Origin: Bugula neritina
Lineage: Eukaryota; Animalia; Bryozoa
DNA: 64,000 nt
Direction of reading: 5' to 3'
NCBI GenBank assembly: GCA_964035545.1
Contig: CAXIUT010000230.1
Location: forward strand, 992,001 to 1,056,000
Position 1 is the stretch's first letter. Each line of letters opens with the position of its first letter. The position numbers were made by a program, and so were the translations under genes. Below the pieces are notes generated by a model, which worked only from the letters and a program-made list of their open reading frames with translations, ran no database searches and was not told the DNA's origin. Below, in pieces: positions 52,111-61,800 of the stretch.

Positions 52111-55100
52111 CCTACACGTATGATCAGGCATAGAAGTAGCAAGTTCAATAAATAATGCAAACATGCAGAAGGTGTAACAGCTGTGTACTTTTGTGAAGGA
52201 ATAAGTCACGGCTTTTTTATAGCAATACATCCTATAAGTATCTTACAAACATGGGGGAAATAATATGTTAGTTCTCTAATTACTTTTCTTAAACATACAT
52301 TACAATATTGAATGTCAAAACCAATTTTGTAAAAAAGCAGAATCTATAAAAATTCAAGCTGCAAAAGCCTAACTAAAAGGCACATTGCTCGGGTGATTAG
52401 TCCTGTCAATTATTAATAATTTTAGTTTTTATATCCGTTGATAAAGTGTCCTATTTTTGCAGGTAGGGTCTTGATATATAGGTGTCAGTTGTAGAGTATT
52501 ATGCTTTTTAAACATAAAAATATATCGTCTTGCAAGAGTAGAGAATCTAAAAATCCTAAGAGCTGATGCTGAGCACACATGCTATAGCATTTCTTTGACA
52601 AAACCTAATCATCTAGTAGCCCACTTGTTTTTGGAACTCAATCTAAAAATATAAATAGCAGTTTTCTCAATACATTGAAAAGTAATTTGCAACATTTTGA
52701 ATTTGAATTAAATTGTTCATACACCACAGTTAGTACTATAGAGTAGGCTAATCTATATTCTGTAAAATCTACCTATACTGTAATCAGATCAAAGCTGCCA
52801 GCTGATAACTTTTTAAAAAACACAGCTCATAATTACAATTACTATTAGGTTGGATGCTCCCTTGAAATTGTATTTTTTAAATAATTTTTTAGTAGATATG
52901 ATTGTCGTGATGACTCCAATTCTTTTGAAACATATGCTTATAATGTATTTTAAGTTGGTCACTCACAGTAAATGTAGTTTGGTATGCAAGTAGTAGTACA
53001 ATTAGAGTTACTAAACAGAAGATTTTTAGTGCAAAACTATATTTTCTATGTGCCTACTCAACTACAGTACTCTAAATAATTGGAGAAAAAAGTGAGTCAA
53101 TAATAAATTTGGCCATTTTTCTTACATAATGATGAAATGAACTCTGACAATTTTGATCTAGTCTTACAGTCTTAGTAATAGTTCTACCATCAATGCATTC
53201 TTATTATACTATGCCTTTTTTATGAATATAAAACTCAATTTTGAAGTTTAGTTATACTGTGCAATGCTATAATAATAATAACAATATGAATATGAATATA
53301 ATATTAATAATAGATATAATACGCAGTATAGGTCTACTGTAATACTAATAGTAATAGTACAACTATACAAATCTTATAAAATTAATTAAAAATAAATATA
53401 TTATTGCTTGAAAGCAATATGAAATATGCGAATTTGCTGAAGGAAGCAGTGGTACTCACTTACCCTTGAAGTTAAACTCTTAAAGTTAATCAAAGTACAC
53501 TCTTTCATCCTAGGTTTGAGAGGTAAAAGACGTTTTTCACTCCATTTTGAAATGATATTCCCACCGCCAGTTGGCAAGTTCACTTCACAGATTGCGTTTT
53601 AACATCGAATTTTTTATTTACCGAGCTAGCTTTTACTAGTAACATATCCAATCGGGCTAGATGAGTAACGCTTACAGCTACGTATGATATTATGCAGAGC
53701 AGTTTGTTTGAGGACAGTGCACTGCAGCTGCGGAATTACTGGGGTAGGTTTTGGGGGGGTGAATGTGAATTATAAACGTTCTATGTGCTTTTTTGAAAGC
53801 ATTATGATAGCATACGCTTTAGTCATTTATATGTAAAATAAAACTTATTGTTTTATAAATTATAATTTACTTATTTATTTATTTTACTATTGTTTTAAAA
53901 ACTTGATAAAACTTTGAACACCCCCTCATAATACCACAACCGCACTCCACTCCTTTAGTTATAACCTAATTAGATTAGAAGTCACATCTTCAATACAAAC
54001 AAGCTATTCCGATGTCTGCTGCTGGCATTAGCTTGAAACTGCAGTGAAGCTTTTATAACTGAGCTAGTAGGCTGAAAGTGCACTACCTATAGTTAGCTAC
54101 CAATGTTATGAATTGGTGTAAGCAGTAAAGGAAATGAGTAGTATATATGTGTACAGAAACTTGTACTCAAATGCTTATAGAACCCCATCGTTACGGTTAT
54201 TTGAGATTCAATCAGGTCCAAAAGAAATTGTGAAATTAAATACCCATTTATATTACATCATGCTGAATCTGGTCACAGAATTGGCTATTTAAAGCTAATT
54301 GTAATTAAAACCATATTGCAATATAAAATAACCTGCCTGAGTTGCTCCTTATTGACGAGTAGTCTAGTTGGGCATTTAAGTTCAAACCATGAGCTCATTT
54401 CAGCTAAAAATAGCAGCACCTTGTCACTGCCTATGAATGGCTTGCATGCATGGTCACTGCCAGAGCCATTAGCAAAATGGCTTACTGCTACATACAAGCC
54501 TGCTACATACCAGCCTCCTACGTGCAAGAACTATTTATCAATCAGAAACTACTTATTTAATTGTAAGCTACCAGAATTTTAATACCATAATATTATAAAA
54601 AAAAAGTTGCCTGGTAGGTGCGATATAAGCAGAAAAGCTAAAACAGCCTAAATTCTTAAAAATTTTTAAGAAATTCTAATTTGGTAACATGTCGGAATTC
54701 TCTCTAAATTTCTTAAGCTGCATCTCACCGCCTGTAATAGGCCCAATAATCTGAAATGCAGGGTTTAATTTCTCAATACCCTCATCACTGCACATACCTC
54801 ATACTTATTATACTTAGCTGATAAGACTTTACTACTATTGTTGAAAGAAAGTTATGCAATTACTATTCAATTGACTAAAAATTTTCTCCAACAATTTTGT
54901 AGATTCTGAAAACAAAGTTAATGTTTTAAAATAACAATACAGTGAGTTTGGTTACAGATATATTATTAGTATAATTTAGATTACTCTACAGAACAACAAA
55001 TTTGCATTGAAATCACACACAAAAGGCATAAAATTTAGTGGCCTTAACTCTCACTAGCATCCTAAGATGTCTGGGTTATCATACAGACTGTATTACTAAA

Positions 55101-55535
55101 CTGCTTTGCACTAAAAAGAAACAAGTCAAAGCAAGAAATGTACGCAGGCTTCAGAAACCGCTTCATATAAATACAACTGAAATCAAGATTCAGGTTAGAT
55201 TGCGCATTGTACAGCCTCGCGTCTATAGGCAGTACAACAATATTGCAACCACCAAGATTCCAACTACTAGCTACTAAAATAATATAATAACCAGCCTCAT
55301 ACCGCCTTTTACCCATACCACAGTTTACTGCAGAGATGAACTTTAACCCTTTGGTTTAGCGCGCACAACATGAATCGTAGGCCGCATGAGCTCCCTGTAA
55401 TCATTATGATGGCTACAATGCAGCGCAGCTCTACCGTGTTCAACCAAGCGTGCAGACTAAGCGATATGTAAAATTTTTAATAAAATCAGTGTATAAATTA
55501 CACGTTTACACCAATTCTATTGAGGTTATCTGAAA

Positions 55536-55814
55536 ACTTTAAAAAGCCTCTAATACACAAATATCTTATAACACTATATTCCAATTTTTGCAGAGATATG
55601 TTGCTTGGGAATTGAATAATTCGTGGGGCACTGAGACCATGTTTTTTTATGCGAAAATGGGCAATTTTTGACTGTTTTTGGAGCATAAAAATGCAACGGG
55701 TTGGGTAGGTAAAGACTTTAAAAAAGCCTCTAATAGAGCAGCAAAATATTTACAAGATGGTTTTTGAATTTTGATTCTAGCCTCAAAATTAGTCGAGTTA
55801 TGAGTGGGGCACTG
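55536..55814 (+). repeat. Degenerate ~180-bp subterminal direct repeat at the right end of the insert
   Basis: ACTTTAAAAA(A)GCCTCTAATA at 55536 and 55715; GTGGGGCACTG at 55623 and 55804. Offsets are 179-181 bp. Confidence 0.7.
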
Positions 55815-55862
55815 TTTCATATATGATTATAATGGAGCAATGAAATTACTGATTCAGTAGAA

Positions 55863-55884
55863 GGATGACCTTAATCAAGCTGTG
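55863..55884 (-). repeat. Right terminal inverted repeat (22 bp)
   Basis: GGATGACCTTAATCAAGCTGTG on the + strand; reverse complement CACAGCTTGATTAAGGTCATCC. Confidence 0.88.
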
Positions 55885-58800
55885 ACACATTGAAATATAC
55901 TGCAACATACTGAAATACACTATAACATATTGAAATATACTGCAACATACTGAATTACACTCTAACATACTGAAATACGCTGTAGCATACTGAAATACAC
56001 TGCAACACACTGAAGTATACTGTAATACACTGAAATGTAATGCAAAATACTGAATTATACTGCAACATAGTGCAACATACTGAAATACACTACAACAAAC
56101 TGCAACATACTGAAATACACTGGAACATATTGAAATACACTGCGACACATTGAAACATACTGCAACATACTGAAATATACTGCAAGATACTGCAACATAC
56201 TGAAACAGACTGTGACATACTGAAATACACTGCAACATACTGCAAGATACCGCAACCGACTGAAATACACTGTAACATATTGAAATACACTGCATCATAC
56301 TGCAACATACTGAATTACACTGGAACATATTGATATACACTGCAACACATTGAAATATACTGCAACACACTGAAACATACGGCAATATACCAAAATATAC
56401 TGCGACACCTTGAAAAATACTGCAACATACAAAATATACTGCAAGTGGTGCAACATGCTGAAATACAATGTGACACACTGGAATACACTGCAACATACTG
56501 CAAGATACTGCAACGTACGGAAATACAGTGTAACTTATTGAATTACACTGCATCATACTGCAACATACTGAGATACACTGGAACATATTGATATACACTG
56601 CAACACATTGAAATATACTGCGACACACTGAACCATATGACAACATACCGAAATTTACTGCGACACACTGAAAAATTTTGCAACATACGAATTATACTTC
56701 AAGTGGTGCAACATTCTGAAATACAATGTGACACACTGAAATACACTGCAACATACTGCAACATACTGCAACATACTGAAATATTGTGCGACACAGTGAA
56801 ATATACTGCAACATATTGAAATATACTGTAACATACTGCAACATACTAAAATACACTGCAACATACTGAAATACATTGCAACACATTAAAATATACTGCG
56901 ACATACTGAAACATACTGCAACATGCTGAAATATACTGCAACATACTGAAATACACTATAACATATTGAAATATACTGCAACATACTGAATTACACTCTA
57001 ACATACTGAAATATGCTGTAGCATACTGAAAAACACTGCAACACACTGAAGTATACTGTAATACACTGAAATGTAATGCAACATACTGAATTATACTGCA
57101 TCATAGTGCAACATACTGAAATACACTGTGACACACTGAAATACACTGAAACATAATGCAACAAACTGCAACATACTGAAATACACTGTAACATATCGAA
57201 ATACACTGCAACATACTGCAACATACTGCAACATACTGAAATACACTACAACATACTGCAACATACTGAAATACACTGGGACATATTGAAATACACTGCG
57301 ACACATTGAAACATACTGCAACATACTGAAATATACTGCAGGATACTGAATTACACTGGAACATATTGATATACACTGCAACACATTGAAATATACTGCA
57401 ACACACTGAAACATACGGCAATATACCAAAATATACTGCGACACCTTGAAAAATACTGCAACATACGAAATATACTGCAAATGGTGCAACATACTGAAAT
57501 ACAATGTGACACACTGGAATACACTGCAACATACTGCAACATACTGCAACATACTGAAATACACTGTAACATATTGAATTACACTGCATCATACTGCAAC
57601 ATACTGAAAAACACTGGAACATATTGATATACACTGCAACTCATTGAAATATACTGCAACACACTGCAACATACGGCAGCATACCGAAATATACTGCGAC
57701 ACCTTGAAAAATACTGCAACATACTGAAATATACTGCAAGTGTGGCAACATACTGAAATACACTGTGACATACTGAATTACACTGCATCATACTGCAACA
57801 TACTGATATACACTGGAACATATTGATATACACTGCAACACATTGAAATATACTGCAACACACTGAACCATATGACAACATACCGAAATTTACTGCGACA
57901 CACTGAAAAATTTTGCAACATACGAATTATACTTCAAGTGGTGCAACATTCTGAAATACAATGTGACACACTGAAATACACTGCAACATACTGCAACATA
58001 CTGCAACATACTGAAATATTGTGCGACACAGTGAAATATACTGCAACATATTGAAATATACTGTAACATACTGCAACATACTAAAATACACTGCAACATA
58101 CTGAAATACATTGCAACACATTAAAATATACTGCGACATACTGAAACATACTGCAACATGCTGAAATATACTGCAACATACTGAAATACACTATAACATA
58201 TTGAAATATACTGCAACATACTGAATTACACTCTAACATACTGAAATATGCTGTAGCATACTGAAATACACTGCAACACACTGAAGTATACTGTAATACA
58301 CTGAAATGTAATGCAACATACTGAATTATACTGCAACATAGTGCAACATACTGAAATACACTGTGACACACTGAAATACACTGAAACATAATGCAACAAA
58401 CTGCAACATACTGAAATACACTGTAACATATCGAAATACACTGCAACATACTGCAACATACTGCAACATACTGAAATACACTACAACATACTGCAACATA
58501 CTGAAATACACTGGGACATATTGAAATACACTGCGACACATTGAAACATACTGCAACATACTGAAATATACTGCAAGTGTGGCAACATACTGAAATACAC
58601 TGCAACACACTGAAGTATACTGTAATACACTGAAATGTAATGCAAAATACTGAATTATACTGCAACATAGTGCAACATACTGAAATACACTACAACAAAC
58701 TGCAACATACTGAAATACACTGGAACATATTGAAATACACTGCGACACATTGAAACATACTGCAACATACTGAAATATACTGCAAGATACTGCAACATAC

Positions 58801-61800
58801 TGAAACAGACTGTGACATACTGAAATACACTGCAACATACTGCAAGACACCGCAACCGACTGAAATACACTGTAACATATTGAAATACACTGCATCATAC
58901 TGCAACATACTGAATTACACTGGAACATATTGATATACACTGCAACACATTGAAATATACTGCAACACACTGAAACATACGGCAATATACCAAAATATAC
59001 TGCGACACCTTGAAAAATACTGCAACATACAAAATATACTGCAAGTGGTGCAACATACTGAAATACAATGTGACACACTGGAATACACTGCAACATACTG
59101 CAACATACTGCAACATACTGCAACATACTGAAATACACTGTAACATATTGAATTACACTGCATCATACTGCAACATACTGAAAAACACTGGAACATATTG
59201 ATATACACTGCAACTCATTGAAATATACTGCAACACACTGCAACATACGGCAGCATACCGAAATATACTGCGACACCTTGAAAAATACTGCAACATACTG
59301 AAATATACTGCAAGTGTGGCAACATACTGAAATACACTGCAACACACTGAAGTATACTGTAATACACTGAAATGTAATGCAAAATACTGAATTATACTGC
59401 AACATAGTGCAACATACTGAAATACACTACAACAAACTGCAACATACTGAAATACACTGGAACATATTGAAATACACTGCGACACATTGAAACATACTGC
59501 AACATACTGAAATATACTGCAAGATACTGCAACATACTGAAACAGACTGTGACATACTGAAATACACTGCAACATACTGCAAGATACCGCAACCGACTGA
59601 AATACACTGTAACATATTGAAATACACTGCATCATACTGCAACATACTGAATTACACTGGAACATATTGATATACACTGCAACACATTGAAATATACTGC
59701 AACACACTGAAACATACGGCAATATACCAAAATATACTGCGACACCTTGAAAAATACTGCAACATACAAAATATACTGCAAGTGGTTCAACATACTGAAA
59801 TACAATGTGACACACTGGAATACACTGCAACATACTGCAAGATACTGCAACGTACGGAAATATTGTGCGACACAGTGAAATATACTGCAACATATTGAAA
59901 TATACTGTAACATACTGCAACATACTAAAATACACTGCAACATACTGAAATACATTGCAACACATTAAAATATACTGCGACATACTGAAACATACTGCAA
60001 CATGCTGAAATACACTGCAACATACTGAAATACACTATAACATATTGAAATATACTGCAACATACTGAATTACACTCTAACATACTGAAATATGCTGTAG
60101 CATACTGAAAAACACTGCAACACACTGAAGTATACTGTAATACACTGAAATGTAATGCAACATACTGAATTATACTGCATCATAGTGCAACATACTGAAA
60201 TACACTGTGACACACTGAAATACACTGAAACATAATGCAACAAACTGCAACATACTGAAATACACTGTAACATATCGAAATACACTGCAACATACTGCAA
60301 CATACTGCAACATACTGAAATACACTACAACATACTGCAACATACTGAAATACACTGGGACATATTGAAATACACTGCGACACATTGAAACATACTGCAA
60401 CATAGTGAAATATACTGCAACATACTGAATTACACTCTAACATACTGAAATATGCTGTAGCATACTGAAATACACTGCAACACACTGAAGTATACTGTAA
60501 TACACTGAAATGTAATGCAACATACTGAATTATACTGCAACATAGTGCAACATACTGAAATACACTGTGACACACTGAAATACACTGAAACATAATGCAA
60601 CATACTGCAACATACTGAAATACACTGTAACATATCGAAATACACTGCAACATACTGCAACATACTGCAACATACTGAAATACACTACAACATACTGCAA
60701 CATACTGAAATACACTGGGACATATTGAAATACACTGCGACACATTGAAACATACTGCAACATACTGAAATATACTGCAACACACTGAAACATACGGCAA
60801 CATACCGAAATAAACTGCGACACGTTGAAAATTACTGCAACATACTGAAATATACTGCAAGTGGTGCAACATACTGAAATACACTGTGACACACTGAAAT
60901 ACACTGCAACATACTGCAACATACTGCAACATACTGAAATATTGTGCGACACAATAAAATATACTGCAACATATTGAAATATACTGTAACATACTGCAAC
61001 ATACTAAAATACACTGCAACACATTAAAATATACTGCAACATACTGAAACATACTGCAACATACTGAAATACACTGTGACACCCTGAAATACACTGCAAC
61101 ATACTGTAACATACTGCAACATACTGAATTACACTGGAACATATTGATATACACTGCAACACATTGAAATATACTGCAACACACTGAACCATATGGCAAC
61201 ATACCGAAATTTACTGCGACACACTGAAAAATACTGCAACATACGAATTATACTTCAAGTGGTGCAACATACTGAAATACAATGTGACACACTGAAATAC
61301 ACTGCATCATACTGCAACATACTGCAACATACTGAAATATTGTGCGACACATTGAAATATACTGCAACGTATTGAAATATACTGTAACATACTGCAACAT
61401 ACTAAAATACACTGCAACATACTGAAATACATTGCAACACATTAAAATATATTGCGACATACTGAAACATACTGCAACATGCTGAAATATACTGCAACAT
61501 ACTGAAATACACTATCACATATTGAAATATACTGCAACATACTGAATTACACTCTAACATACTGAAATATGCTATAGCATACTGAAATACACTGCAACAC
61601 ACTGAAGTATACTGTAATACACTGAAATGTAATGCAAAATACTGAATTAGACTGCAACATAGTGCAACATACTGAAAGACACTACAACATACTGCAACAT
61701 ACTGAAATACACTGGAACATATTGAAATACACTGCGACACATTGAAACATACTGCAACATACTGAAATATACTGCAAGATACTGCAAACATACTGAAACA

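Larger units (their letters stand above)
50458..55884. mobile_element. Putative non-autonomous TIR DNA transposon (CMC/EnSpm-CACTA-like termini, 2-bp TSD), 5427 bp, inserted in the satellite
   Basis: Left end is CACAGCATAGTTAAGGTCATCC; the reverse complement of the right end is CACAGCTTGATTAAGGTCATCC (19/22). AC flanks both sides, and removing the insert plus one AC restores the canonical CTGCAACACATTGAAAT. No ORF exceeds 88 aa and no transposase motif was seen. Superfamily assignment is inferred from the CAC termini plus 2-bp TSD. Confidence 0.85.

Noticed and set aside
51824-52490. 13-bp direct repeat ATAGGTGTCAGTT (51824, 52478) as the TSD of a nested insertion
   Set aside because: Roughly one repeat of this length is expected by chance in 5.4 kb of AT-rich DNA. 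The enclosed segment has no TIRs, poly(A) tail or Pol III boxes.
53715-53955. G-tract/C-tract pair as a nested hAT-like MITE
   Set aside because: Complementarity is limited to about GGGGGTG/CACCCCC, with no definable TIR or 8-bp TSD.
55343-55350. TTAACCCT as a nested piggyBac end or telomeric seed
   Set aside because: Single occurrence, with no matching AGGGTTAA end and no tandem telomere repeats.
52000-55686. Short ORFs within the insert (60-88 aa) as transposase or cargo genes
   Set aside because: No DDE, zinc-finger or other recognisable motif. One ORF is just the TA repeat (YIYIYI), others overlap on opposite strands, and lengths are at chance level.
50458-55884. Transib / RAG-like transposon, because termini begin CACAG like the RSS heptamer CACAGTG
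   Set aside because: The heptamers are CACAGCA and CACAGCT, there is no ACAAAAACC-like nonamer at 12/23 spacing, the TSD is 2 bp rather than 5 bp, and no RAG1-core ORF is present.
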